A stretch of DNA of 52,396 nucleotides. Origin: Pseudomonadota bacterium. GTDB taxonomy: Bacteria > Pseudomonadota > Alphaproteobacteria > UBA9655. How positions within the stretch are numbered: position 1 is the first letter of the stretch; each line of letters begins with the position of its first letter. The notes under the pieces are model-generated. The model had not been told where the DNA came from, searched no databases, and was given only the letters and a program-made list of their open reading frames with translations. Of the stretch, positions 1 through 9,599 are shown one piece after another. The stretch covers positions 1 through 52,396 of the forward strand of contig JACPNY010000025.1 of assembly GCA_016185255.1 (NCBI GenBank). The letters are read 5' to 3'. The translations under genes were made by a program, and so were the position numbers.

Positions 1-483
1 ACGTTTGTCTTTTTCTATGTCTTCGATATAAAGGGGCTTTCCTGTATCAACCACAACCCCTGGGAATCCTATGCCCTTTTTAAAACGCATGGCTGTTGTG
101 ACTTCAAACAGTTCCGCGTATTTTTCTTTATCCTTGAGATAACATATACCTCCAGAAGTAAGTTCATTATTATTGTTAAGGTTTGGCATATAAACGTGTC
201 ATGCCGGCCATTTCTCAAGCTTACACACGGCATTAACAAAAAAGTGGAGGACTTTATCCAGGTTTAGAGTTCCTTCAGAAAGCTTAGCAATTGAAAGAAA
301 TAATTCTAGTTCACTTGAATATCGTTCGAGTTCATTATACTTTTTTTTAAGCTCTTCATGAGTCACATAAAGCTCACGTGTTTTGTCTTCTAACAATGTC
401 TCAGCCACAAGGCGCGCCTCTTTATCACGCCGCCGAGCTTTTTTATAAGTCTCTATTTCTAAAACAAAATCACTATTTTTCAA
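1..483 (-). pseudogene. H-NOX-associated GAF-domain signalling protein (C-terminal part lies outside window), interrupted by in-frame TGA at 199-201
   Basis: TTG start at 483 lies 6 nt after GGAGG and overlaps the H-NOX stop. A coiled-coil N-terminus is followed by a GAF-type signature (KGIGFPGVVVDTGKPLYIEDIEKD, bases 1-189) in the same frame as ORF 202-483. A single TGA separates the two parts. Confidence 0.55.
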
Positions 484-1018
484 TGGTGACCTCCAATCGA
501 CAATGATCCGCTCCTTTGTGCATACAAATGGGATGTTGAATCGCAATGGGAACGTTAAAATGATTGGCAGCTCCCTTCGTAAGGCCAACGGCTAACGCAC
601 AAAGTTTACGAGGAGAGCGGTAAAGGATGACGAGCTCATTTGGGGAAGGCTCCTCATAACTCATAGCGGGTAAAATAGCATCTGAGTAAAGTTTGTTGAC
701 TTCTACATGAATAATTTTATCTACGTTTTTCATAAATTCCTTAAAAGAGATCCCTTCAGGAAGAAATACAGGGTATTTATTCGCCAACACTGGAAAAAAG
801 TAGATCCCGAAGGCTTCAATAAGTTGTGCTGGTTCAATCTTTTTAAGCTTAGATAATTCCATAACGTAAGAAACCAACTCTGCATCTTTATATGTTCCCC
901 CTGCTGTATAAATCCCTTTATTCTCGGGGTGAACTTTATCTAATAGAGTTTCCCAAGTTGCAAGCCCAAATTTTTCTTCAACCATGTCATTGAGTGTAGT
1001 AAAGACAATTCCCTTCAT
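473..1018 (-). CDS. Heme-NO/O2-binding (H-NOX) sensor protein
   Basis: N-terminus MKGIVFTTLNDMVEEKFG. Candidate proximal His in VDKIIHVEV. Y-x-S-x-R motif present (LYRSPRK). Length 181 aa is typical of stand-alone H-NOX. Confidence 0.85.
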   Translation of the reverse strand: MKGIVFTTLNDMVEEKFGLATWETLLDKVHPENKGIYTAGGTYKDAELVSYVMELSKLKKIEPAQLIEAFGIYFFPVLANKYPVFLPEGISFKEFMKNVDKIIHVEVNKLYSDAILPAMSYEEPSPNELVILYRSPRKLCALAVGLTKGAANHFNVPIAIQHPICMHKGADHCRLEVTIEK

Positions 1019-1346
1019 TGGTATTCTCCTGTTCTTTTATTATAGTTAATAATAGTTAAAATATTTCTAATTTTTTTCCATAATTAGCAAGTTACTCGCG
1101 TTAGCATTTAGCCCTGTGTATTTTTTTCTATTTTTCTCCTTCATAAGACTACAGCTCTCCAGAGATTTACAAGCGACAATCTGGGGAGATGTCTAAGAAG
1201 AGAAATACTAAGCGTTAGTTAATAGATCTACTGTAATTGTCAACTGAGGATAGGGGACTACTCCATTATTTTAACTCGAAATATACCTCTTATGGTGAAC
1301 GGTATTTTCAAAAATAATTTAAGTCACAAACGACAGGAGTAACCTT

Positions 1347-1415
1347 ATGAAGTATTATGCCGGATTAGACGTTTTATTGAAAGTCACTTTTGTAACAAGA
1401 GACAGCTCCTTTTAG
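1347..1415 (+). mobile_element. IS110-family transposase N-terminal remnant (22 codons then stop)
   Basis: AGGAG followed by MKYYAGLDVLLKVTFVTRDSSF*. This resembles the conserved IS110 start (M..Y.GIDVS.K....). No transposase body follows. Confidence 0.35.
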
Positions 1416-1561
1416 GCTATCTTCTATCATCCTGTCCAGAGATCGCTTGAGTCTCATTTTATGTGAACTTATACAACCTATACACTTTAATTGACGGAGA
1501 GGACGTGGAGGACTACAATAAGAAAAGTCTAAGTTACTCATTACATATAAGGAACGCATAC

Positions 1562-1879
1562 ATGGAAATTTTAAAAATAACAGACGCCTCTTTTAAAAAG
1601 GATGTGATGGATGCAAAAGTCCCTGTGCTTGTGGACTTTTGGGCGGAATGGTGTGGGCCTTGTCGGATGATTGGTCCTATTTTGGAAGAAGTGTCTCAAG
1701 AGATAGGAGCTGTTGCTACCATTGGAAAATTAAATATTGATGAAAATCCTGAGACGCCGGCTCTTTTGGGAGTTCGTTCTATTCCTACTCTGATGATGTT
1801 TAAGGATGGAAAAATGGTAGGGACAAAAGTTGGTGTGCAATCTAAAACGGCTCTTTTAGAGTGGATTAAGTCTGTTTAA
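1562..1879 (+). CDS. trxA: Thioredoxin
   Basis: WCGPC active site in VLVDFWAEWCGPCRM. 105 aa counted from the ATG at 1562; the longer track ORF from 1463 is probably an upstream extension. Confidence 0.93.
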   Translation: MEILKITDASFKKDVMDAKVPVLVDFWAEWCGPCRMIGPILEEVSQEIGAVATIGKLNIDENPETPALLGVRSIPTLMMFKDGKMVGTKVGVQSKTALLEWIKSV

Positions 1880-1912
1880 GGTAGTTTTTGACCGTCTTAG
1901 GTTTACTCTGCA

Positions 1913-2013
1913 TTGTCATCCCCGCGTAGGCAATATGGTCGCAACATCCTCTTGACTTCTTTCTGGCTCTAGCTTTCTGGTAAGTGGATCCCCGCCACAG
2001 CAGGGGATGACAA
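1913..2013. repeat. MITE-like element with termini TTGTCATCCCC ... GGGGATGACAA
   Basis: Left end at 1913-1923 and inverted right end at 2003-2013. Internal ATCCCC/GGGGAT hairpin. The same termini recur at 3880-4039 and as half-sites elsewhere. Confidence 0.75.
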
Positions 2014-2032
2014 GTAGAAGAATGTAAAGCAT

Positions 2033-2860
2033 ATGTTCATAGTCCTTCTCCATTATAAAGTTCCTCTTGAGGATATTGATCCTTATCGTTCCGCGCATAT
2101 GGAATTTTTAAAGGAAGGCTATGCTAAGAATGTCTTTATTGCGTCAGGTCGTATGTATTCGGACAAGGGAGGTGTTATTCTGTCTCCATTAACGCGACGG
2201 GGAGAGTTTGAGGATATTTTAAAAAAAGACCCTTTTATGCTCCATGGCCTTGCAACTTATGAGATTATTGGATTTGACCCTTCTCTTTTTCACTCTGACT
2301 TTTCTTCTTTTATTTGGGAGCGGGATAAAGAAAAGATTGAGATGGTGCCTTACACATCTCAGTGGGAAGCTCTTTTCAATAAGGAAGCTGAAGATTTGAG
2401 ACAAGTGTTCGGTGATACTCTCCTTACGATTCATCATATTGGGAGCACATCCATTCCAGGGATTGTTGCAAAACCTGTTGTCGATATGCTTCCTGTGGTC
2501 AGAGATCTTTGTGAGGTTGATCGTCTGACCGCTTCTGTTGAAGCCTTGGGATATGAGGCTAAGGGTGAATATGGCATGCCTGGGCGGCGATTTTTTGTAA
2601 AAAGCCAAGACGGGAAAAGGCTGTTTAACGTTCATGTTTTTGAAGAATGCCACCCCGACGTCAAGCGCCACCTTCTTTTTCGAGACTACCTAAGAACTCA
2701 TCCTGAAGAGGCGTTTGCTTATGCTGACCTTAAAAAAAGACTTGTTTTAAAATACCCTGATGATATAGAGCGGTATTGTTGGGGAAAAGATGATTTTATT
2801 AAGATGATTGAGAAGAAGGCCCTTGTTTGGCATAATTCTCAACCCAAGGAGTGCACATGA
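2033..2860 (+). CDS. YciI-like domain fused to GrpB (UPF0157) nucleotidyltransferase-fold domain
   Basis: The N-terminal ~90 aa show a YciI pattern (LLHYKVPLEDIDPYRSAHMEFL...DPF). The C-terminus has the GrpB signature HHIGSTSIPGIVAKPVVDM. Confidence 0.8.
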   Translation: MFIVLLHYKVPLEDIDPYRSAHMEFLKEGYAKNVFIASGRMYSDKGGVILSPLTRRGEFEDILKKDPFMLHGLATYEIIGFDPSLFHSDFSSFIWERDKEKIEMVPYTSQWEALFNKEAEDLRQVFGDTLLTIHHIGSTSIPGIVAKPVVDMLPVVRDLCEVDRLTASVEALGYEAKGEYGMPGRRFFVKSQDGKRLFNVHVFEECHPDVKRHLLFRDYLRTHPEEAFAYADLKKRLVLKYPDDIERYCWGKDDFIKMIEKKALVWHNSQPKECT

Positions 2861-3804
2861 CAAATCTTTTTATTCTTCCCTCTCTTCTAGGGGACTCAGT
2901 TTTAACAACTGGTGGTATCGATCAATATAAAGATGAACCATCGGTTATTGTTGCTTCTCCACGTGTAGCTCCTATTTTTGAGGATCTTCCGCATCTTGAG
3001 AGAATAATTTCCATTGCAAAAAAACCGTGGAAAAAGCATTGGTTGGATATATTGAGAGAGACGCGCGGTACGTCCTGGAACCGGGTCTTTGATTTTAAGG
3101 GTTCAGCAACTGCTTTTGTTCTTAAAGCTAACAAAAGATATATATGGACCCATAGAGCAGATTTAGTTCACAAAGTTTACCAGGTGAGTGATTGTTTTGG
3201 AAGTCGCGAGCCTCTCGCTCCCACACTATGGATTTCTGAAGAACGTCTTGCACGTCTCAAGCCCAATCGCCCAACGCTTGCCGTTGCTCCTATTCCTGGG
3301 TGGAGAGGAAAGCAATGGCCCATTGAAAATTTTATTACTCTCTTAAAAACTTTTTGTAAAACTTATCCTGAAGCACAGGTGGCTGTTTTTGCGGCCCCTC
3401 ATGAAAAAGAGTTTGTGGAGCCTCTTCTTAACGCTCTTCCAAAAGATCAATGTGTTGATACCATTGGAGGCCCCCTTCTTGACAGCGCGGCTCTCATTAA
3501 ATCTTCTAGGCTATTTATAGGAAATGACTCGGGGCTTATGCATCTCAGTGCAGCCGTCAGAACGCCCACTATTGCTCTTTTCGGCCCTTCGAATGAAAAG
3601 ATTTATGGACCTTGGTCTGATCAACCGTCTTCCCCCCATCGTACGATCAGGGGTGAACCTTTTACGGGAAATGTTAGACAAACTAAAGAAGATACAAACT
3701 GTTATATGACAGCGCTGACCGTTTCTCCTGTGTGGGAGGTGGTGAAAGAAAGATGGGAGAGTCTTGCCACATCAACCCAACAATATGAAAAACTTGCGGT
3801 ATAA
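2857..3804 (+). CDS. Glycosyltransferase family 9 (LPS heptosyltransferase-like)
   Basis: GNDSGLMHLSAAVRTPTIALFGPS motif. ATGA start/stop overlap with the upstream gene at 2857-2860. Confidence 0.8.
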   Translation: MTNLFILPSLLGDSVLTTGGIDQYKDEPSVIVASPRVAPIFEDLPHLERIISIAKKPWKKHWLDILRETRGTSWNRVFDFKGSATAFVLKANKRYIWTHRADLVHKVYQVSDCFGSREPLAPTLWISEERLARLKPNRPTLAVAPIPGWRGKQWPIENFITLLKTFCKTYPEAQVAVFAAPHEKEFVEPLLNALPKDQCVDTIGGPLLDSAALIKSSRLFIGNDSGLMHLSAAVRTPTIALFGPSNEKIYGPWSDQPSSPHRTIRGEPFTGNVRQTKEDTNCYMTALTVSPVWEVVKERWESLATSTQQYEKLAV

Positions 3805-3879
3805 ACTTTTTTATTCTTGAATCTGCTTGAGGGGATGCCCTCTTAACACCGGACATTTTTTGAAGTATTGCCAGTTTTG

Positions 3880-4039
3880 TTGTCATCCCCGACATAGAAG
3901 TTCTTGATTTTCATAGAAAATCCTAGAGTTTCTTGATCGGAGATTTTTTTCAACAGACCGGAGTTCAACCAAGATCCCCGACGAAGGAATACTAATGTTT
4001 TCTTACGAAAACAAAGCATTCCTAGCTCGGGGATGACAA
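3880..4039. repeat. MITE-like element, same termini as 1913-2013
   Basis: TTGTCATCCCC at 3880-3890 and GGGGATGACAA at 4029-4039. The right half (3974-4034) is a long imperfect hairpin, nearly identical to 33494-33554. Confidence 0.8.
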
Positions 4040-4109
4040 AGGTTGGGTAGCCGGGATAAAAGTGTCCGGTGGTAAGGCAATGGCCTGTTGGAAATTTTAT
4101 AAATAATCT

Positions 4110-5150
4110 CTAATTTATATTCTGGTGACAGTTAGGAGCTAGATAGTCGGAAATAAGTTGTTCCGCAATTTGCACGGCGTTAAGAGCGGCTCCTTTTCGT
4201 AAATTATCGCTGACAACCCAAAAAAGAAGACCATGGGGAACAGAGGTGTCGCGCCTGATGCGGCTGATAAATACAGGATCTTCTCCTGCCACTTCTGCAG
4301 GTGTCACAAATCCATCTTCTTGACGGTAATCAACAATAGAAAGCCCCGGAAAATCACGCCATAAGGCGCGGGCTTCGCCCACAGATAAGGGATTTTCAAG
4401 TTCGACCGAAACTGCTAGAGAATGGCCAATGAAGACAGGAACGCGCACACATGTGACAGCCATACCGAGGTTAACCCCTAAAATCTTTTGCGTTTCAAGG
4501 GAAATTTTTGTTTCTTCAAACGTGGTTCCATCAGGCATGAAGTTGTCAATTTGGGGGATAACGTTAAAGGCAATTTGTTTTGACATCTCTTCTTTAACAA
4601 CAGGCTGATTCATATAAATAGCGCGGGTTTGGTTAAAAAGTTCATCCATGGCGGCACGCCCTGCTCCTGAAACAGACTGATATGTGGAGACAACAACGCG
4701 TTTAAGCCCTGCTTCATCAAGAAGCGGTTTTAAGACCATAGATAGGGGAAGAGCGACACAATTAGGGTTCGCAATAATGTTGCAGTTGCGGTAACTTACA
4801 AGAGATTCTGGATTGACCTCTGGTACAATTAAGGGGATTTCAGGTTCTTGACGAAAGTGAGACGAATTATCAATAACAATACATCCTGCTTGAGCTGCGA
4901 TAGGGGCGAACTCAGCCGAAACGGCGCTTCCTGCTGAAAAAAGCGCAAAGTCAAATCCGCTAAAATCAAAGTCTGTAATGGGAATAACATCTAAAACGTC
5001 GTCTTCTCCAAAAGAGACACGTTGACCTACGGAGTCAGAAGAGGCAACCGCTCGAATTTCCTCGAGAGGAAACTTTCTCTCCGCAAGGGTATTGAGAATT
5101 TCTCTTCCCACATTTCCTGTGGCACCGACAACGGCAACGCGGTATTTCAT
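4110..5150 (-). CDS. asd: Aspartate-semialdehyde dehydrogenase
   Basis: MKYRVAVVGATGNVGRE N-terminus and IIANPNC active-site Cys region. 346 aa. Confidence 0.93.
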   Translation of the reverse strand: MKYRVAVVGATGNVGREILNTLAERKFPLEEIRAVASSDSVGQRVSFGEDDVLDVIPITDFDFSGFDFALFSAGSAVSAEFAPIAAQAGCIVIDNSSHFRQEPEIPLIVPEVNPESLVSYRNCNIIANPNCVALPLSMVLKPLLDEAGLKRVVVSTYQSVSGAGRAAMDELFNQTRAIYMNQPVVKEEMSKQIAFNVIPQIDNFMPDGTTFEETKISLETQKILGVNLGMAVTCVRVPVFIGHSLAVSVELENPLSVGEARALWRDFPGLSIVDYRQEDGFVTPAEVAGEDPVFISRIRRDTSVPHGLLFWVVSDNLRKGAALNAVQIAEQLISDYLAPNCHQNIN

Positions 5151-5174
5151 CTTAGCTCCTTTAAGGATATGGGC

Positions 5175-6137
5175 TTACATCCGGATTAAAGTGGATCCCC
5201 AAGCATAACCGGCTCCAAAAGCCTCACACAAGACAAGGTCCCCTTTTTTAATGCGGCCATCCTTCACAGCGTTATCTAAAGCTAAGGGGATAGAGGCAGC
5301 TGAGGTGTTGGCTTGATCAGCTCCTGTATGAATAACTTTTTCCTCGGGTAATCCAAGTTTCTTTGCTGTTGCATCAATGATGCGTTTGTTGGCTTGATGA
5401 GGGACAAGCCAGTCAATCTCTTCTTGAGAAATGTTATGAATTTTTAAGATACCTTCCACCGCTTCTTCCAGTCGATTCACGGCATTACGGAAAACTTCCC
5501 TTCCGTTCATTTGGATGGTTCCGATAGTTTGGGTTGTGCTCGGGCCTCCGTTTACGTAGAGTTGGTCGTAGCCGGCTCCATTTGTCCGGAGAAGACTCCC
5601 TAAAATTCCCCGGTCTGTTTGCGTTTGAGCCTGTAGAACAACGGCTCCTGCCCCATCTCCAAAGAGGACGGCTGTTCCGCGATCTTCCCAATCCAGAAGA
5701 CGGCTCATGGTTTCAGAGCCAATAATAAGAGCTGTCTTTGCCATTTCTTGTTTAAGGTAAGCGTCTGCCGTTGCGAGAGCAAAGATAAACCCGCTGCAAG
5801 CGGCGGCTTGATCAAAAGCAAAGCCCTTGGAAATCCCTAGACTTTCTTGAATGCGGCTAGCCGTTGAAGGAAAGACGTGATCAGGGGTTGAGGTAGCCAA
5901 GATAAGCATATCAATGTCTTGCGCAGTTAGCTGTGCTGCGGTCAACGCTTTTTGAGCCGCTTCAATAGCCATAGTAGACGTATATTCCTCTGGGGCTGCA
6001 ATGTGACGCGCAGAAATTCCAGTTCTTTCCATAATCCATTCGTGGGACGTATCAAGATGCTGAGACAAATCATGATTTGTCACTCTTTTTTTAGGAAGGT
6101 AACTTCCTGTCCCCAGAATAACAGAACGAAGGGTCAT
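5175..6137 (-). CDS. fabH: 3-oxoacyl-ACP synthase III
   Basis: AAACSGF active-site Cys, HQAN and GAG motifs. ATGA overlap with the plsX stop. Confidence 0.93.
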   Translation of the reverse strand: MTLRSVILGTGSYLPKKRVTNHDLSQHLDTSHEWIMERTGISARHIAAPEEYTSTMAIEAAQKALTAAQLTAQDIDMLILATSTPDHVFPSTASRIQESLGISKGFAFDQAAACSGFIFALATADAYLKQEMAKTALIIGSETMSRLLDWEDRGTAVLFGDGAGAVVLQAQTQTDRGILGSLLRTNGAGYDQLYVNGGPSTTQTIGTIQMNGREVFRNAVNRLEEAVEGILKIHNISQEEIDWLVPHQANKRIIDATAKKLGLPEEKVIHTGADQANTSAASIPLALDNAVKDGRIKKGDLVLCEAFGAGYAWGSTLIRM

Positions 6138-7168
6138 TGATTTGCCGCCTTAGGTGGAGATGCCTCTTCTGAGGAAAATTCTTTGAGAAAGTGTTTATTG
6201 ATCTGAGACGTTATCATATCAACGGCCAGATCAATAGCATGCGCAAACCCAAGCGCATCTGTTCCCCCATGACTTTTAATCGCGATGCCGCCCAGGCCTA
6301 GCCAAATTCCACCATTGTAACGCCGATAGTCCAAGCGCATGGAAAGCTTCTGCAGCATGGGTCGAGCAAAGAAATAACCAAGTCGTGCAGTCCAGGAACT
6401 TTTAAACGCTTCCTTAAAGTAATGGATGGCAAGCTGCATGACGCCTTCTCCTGCCTTTAAGACGACGTTGCCCGTAAAACCGTCCATGACAGCTACATCA
6501 ACTGTCCCGCGAGGAATATCATTGCCTTCGATGAAACCATAAAAATTATCTTTAATGGAAGAGGTGCGAATAAGATCAGCGGCTTCCTTCACTATGGTAC
6601 TTCCTTTGATATCTTCAGAGCCCACATTGATCAGGCCTACCTTAGGGTGTGGGAGATGGAGAACGTGACGGGCAAAAAGTTCTCCCATGATCGCAAATTG
6701 CTGAAGATTTTTAGGAGAACACTCCACATTAGCCCCTAGATCCAAAATGACAACTTCTCCTCGCAAAGTTGGAGCGAGACTTGCCAAAGCTGGGCGATCA
6801 ATTCCTGGTATGGTTTTCAAAATTATTTTTGCAAGAGCCATGTAGGCACCTGTGTTGCCAGCGGAAATGACGCCTTGAGCGCGCCCCTCTGCAACGGCCT
6901 TAATGGCTTGACGCATGCTAGAATTGGGGAATCCTCTCACAGCAGCACTTGGCTTTGTGTCTGGTGAGATGACTTCTTCACAAGGAATAAGGGTAACTTT
7001 TTCTAGCAAGGCTTTTTCTTGGATCAGCAAAGGCTCAACGATTTCTTTGTTTCCATAAAGAAGAAAATGAACAGAGGGATAGCGTTGTGCTGCAGCTGCA
7101 AGACCTTGAATTATCATTTCGGGGGCTTTGTCCCCCCCCATTGCATCAACAGATAAGATAATTTCCAC
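6134..7168 (-). CDS. plsX: Phosphate acyltransferase PlsX
   Basis: SVDAMGGDKAP N-terminus. Conserved rpmF-plsX-fabH gene order. Confidence 0.93.
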   Translation of the reverse strand: MEIILSVDAMGGDKAPEMIIQGLAAAAQRYPSVHFLLYGNKEIVEPLLIQEKALLEKVTLIPCEEVISPDTKPSAAVRGFPNSSMRQAIKAVAEGRAQGVISAGNTGAYMALAKIILKTIPGIDRPALASLAPTLRGEVVILDLGANVECSPKNLQQFAIMGELFARHVLHLPHPKVGLINVGSEDIKGSTIVKEAADLIRTSSIKDNFYGFIEGNDIPRGTVDVAVMDGFTGNVVLKAGEGVMQLAIHYFKEAFKSSWTARLGYFFARPMLQKLSMRLDYRRYNGGIWLGLGGIAIKSHGGTDALGFAHAIDLAVDMITSQINKHFLKEFSSEEASPPKAANQ

Positions 7169-7200
7169 TTAAAACTCTCCCTTTTTATGGAAGGTATGCT

Positions 7201-7395
7201 TTAAGCAATGGACGCATCTGATGTTTGTCCAAGCACCTGACGCCCCTTATAATGATTACAAGCTGGGCACAGATGATGGGGGAGCTTGCGCTCGCCACAA
7301 TTAGAACACTCAACACTTGCAACGACTTTGAGAGCATGATGAGCTCGTCGCATTCTTTGGCGTGAGGGAGACGTTTTTTTCTTAGGAACTGCCAT
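7201..7395 (-). CDS. rpmF: 50S ribosomal protein L32
   Basis: [19 protein letters not shown] with CxxC ... CxxC. Confidence 0.9.
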   Translation of the reverse strand: MAVPKKKTSPSRQRMRRAHHALKVVASVECSNCGERKLPHHLCPACNHYKGRQVLGQTSDASIA

Positions 7396-7542
7396 TGTTA
7401 CAACCTATCGTTCTTATGGATGTTAATGTAGCTTGTTTATCTTAAAAAAAGGATAACAGCAAGTATTTCCTTCTTTTATAAGAAGTGATACACTTTTAAA
7501 CGGTTACAAAAAGAAATTCAACTCTTTTGGGGGAATCCACGC

Positions 7543-8091
7543 ATGAAACCTTATTTTTTTCTTAGCGCATTTGTCTTTCTTGTTGAGGGAGGCCTAGAAG
7601 CTCAGAACTATAACGCCCTTCCTCCGACCCCCTCAGAATCACCGTCTGTTACTATCCCCGCAGACGTTGTATCGTTGCTTTTGGGAAAATCAGATTACCT
7701 AAACCGAAATCCAAATCCGTCAGTCTTCGATTGTTCTGTTCTGCTTAACAAAACTTGGACCTATTCTAATGCTCAAATGTTTCTTGTTTGTGGCGAGGCT
7801 GAAACGGCCTGCATACGGTATGGTATAATTCAACAAACTCTTTTAACCCAGCAGCAAGAAAAGTCCAGCAATGAGGGTAACACCAAGGGATTCTCTACGG
7901 AAAGTCTTAAATCCGCACTTTCTGCATGTCGTGCAGAAGTGGAGTTTAAGCTTATGGGGTGTGCCACAGCTCTTCAAAGCGTAGGTGATAGTAATTCTCT
8001 CATTAATCAATCAGGGTTTGCTGGACCTACTGCTTCGCAACAGATGAAAAATTCTAGCTCTACGAAAAGTTCTAATTCTACAAAAAAATAA
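7543..8091 (+). CDS. Hypothetical secreted protein (signal peptide, Ser/Thr-rich tail)
   Basis: Hydrophobic N-terminus MKPYFFLSAFVFLVEGGLEA. No recognisable domain. Confidence 0.6.
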   Translation: MKPYFFLSAFVFLVEGGLEAQNYNALPPTPSESPSVTIPADVVSLLLGKSDYLNRNPNPSVFDCSVLLNKTWTYSNAQMFLVCGEAETACIRYGIIQQTLLTQQQEKSSNEGNTKGFSTESLKSALSACRAEVEFKLMGCATALQSVGDSNSLINQSGFAGPTASQQMKNSSSTKSSNSTKK

Positions 8092-8106
8092 AAACTTGCG
8101 TACTTT

Positions 8107-8676
8107 TCAAATTCTCCAAGTGTTTTGATAAGCTTCGTATTGACTACCTGCTAGAGGCAGGATTCCATGGAAAAGCCCATCAGGGGAGTTTTGAGGTTTG
8201 AGTTCTACGACGTAAGGCCATAAACCAAATTTTTTTGTAGAAACATAAACGTCTGGTAAGAGCTTCATGATGATAAAGCTCACTTTTTTTTTCGATCCAA
8301 AAGCAACAAGCTCCTCATACAATCCTCGATAAAAATTTTGTAAAAAGACATCGACTTCAGATGTGTTGAGGAGAGGGTAGTTTGAAGAAGGCTCAAAATA
8401 AATAGTCGAACATTCCCAGACAGTGTTGTTATGGACAGTGAGCGTGGTAACAAGCTCTCCGAGATCTTCTTGAATATCAGTAATCTTTTTTTTAAGAAGA
8501 CACGCTCCCCCACATATTTTTTTGCCGCGAGCTTCTGCAATGATGAAAATGGGAGTGATTCGATTTTTCAAAGAAAGCTCAATCCCCTGAAAGAATTTCA
8601 TTTTTTCAATTATTAGCTTGATAAGTTTATTTTTGAAAATTCGTTGAGTCGATTCAATGATCTCAAACTTAAGCAT
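8107..8676 (-). CDS. Hypothetical protein with weak resemblance to LuxI/N-acyl-amino-acid-synthase (GNAT-like) fold
   Basis: ATG at 8676 (MLKFEII). The blocks ICGGACLL and VWECSTIYF are reminiscent of the G..RL and E.SR blocks of that fold, but the key Arg residues are absent. Confidence 0.45.
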   Translation of the reverse strand: MLKFEIIESTQRIFKNKLIKLIIEKMKFFQGIELSLKNRITPIFIIAEARGKKICGGACLLKKKITDIQEDLGELVTTLTVHNNTVWECSTIYFEPSSNYPLLNTSEVDVFLQNFYRGLYEELVAFGSKKKVSFIIMKLLPDVYVSTKKFGLWPYVVELKPQNSPDGLFHGILPLAGSQYEAYQNTWRI

Positions 8677-9031
8677 AGGCGCTCCTGCTACTGTTGTTAA
8701 AATCTGAGTCCGCAAAAGGCCATTTTATAGGAAGGTAGACTTTTAGAAAAAGTTGATGTATCCTCCCTACGATTGTGACCTTTTATGGGTTCTAATTTTT
8801 TTATTGAGCACCTGAGATTTCTAAAAAATAGGTTCGCAGGCACTTAGTTATTGAGAAGGTTGGGTTTAGAAATCTCCCTATCTTCTTTTTTTAGGTTAAT
8901 CTTTTTTGGTATTTTGTATATCATAAATTTTATAAATGCTAGCTTTTTTTCGCATCGTGCGATTTTAGGGTTACCACAACCGTCTTTATGGACTAATATT
9001 TATAGGAGATTGATTTTAGGTAAAGAAGCGT

Positions 9032-9508
9032 ATGACATCTGCATTAAAAGAGAAAATCATTGAACGTATGGAGGCAAAGAACCTCTCAATTGCTGAGTTA
9101 GAGAGGCGAGCCGGCCTAAGTATACACTCCGTAAGAAATATTCTTAAAGGTAGAATTAAAAAGCCAAGTGCCCAATCGCTTCAAGCTATAGCTGAGGCGT
9201 TGGAATGCTCTCTTATGGATCTTGTCAATGCCTCATCCCCATCAGGAGAGGATGCCTCCGCTCTGTCCCAACATAAGAAGATAAGCCCTCCCGTAGATTA
9301 TCCAGAACTCATGCTAGAATGTTCTAAGGCCGTCTTGACGCTTATAGGAGACTGTGACCCTAAGGCCACTGTTGATGAATATTTAGACATTGTAAAAAAG
9401 GTTTATTTTTATTCTTCAAAGGAAGAGCCACGGAAATCAGATATTAGGTTTGCTGAATGGCTTATTGAAACGCAGCTGGGTAGCAGGTGTGTTCCTGCGA
9501 AAGAGTGA
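9032..9508 (+). CDS. XRE-family helix-turn-helix transcriptional regulator
   Basis: N-terminus LKEKIIERMEAKNLSIAELERRAGLSIHSVRNILKG...SLQAIAEAL is a typical HTH_3 pattern. The C-terminal ~90 aa are unassigned. Confidence 0.75.
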   Translation: MTSALKEKIIERMEAKNLSIAELERRAGLSIHSVRNILKGRIKKPSAQSLQAIAEALECSLMDLVNASSPSGEDASALSQHKKISPPVDYPELMLECSKAVLTLIGDCDPKATVDEYLDIVKKVYFYSSKEEPRKSDIRFAEWLIETQLGSRCVPAKE

Positions 9509-9599
9509 AACAATAGTCTTTACGCTTTGAGTCTTGATGTACGAGTCCTTCCTCCAACAATTGTTCGAGTTATCCGTAAAAGGTGGTGACGGAGATATT

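Noticed and set aside
8107-8676. Calling this ORF an acyl-homoserine-lactone (LuxI) synthase
   Set aside because: Only loose block similarity exists. The conserved Arg, Trp and Asp residues of LuxI enzymes are not evident and no LuxR-type gene is adjacent. It is kept as hypothetical with a fold-level suggestion only.
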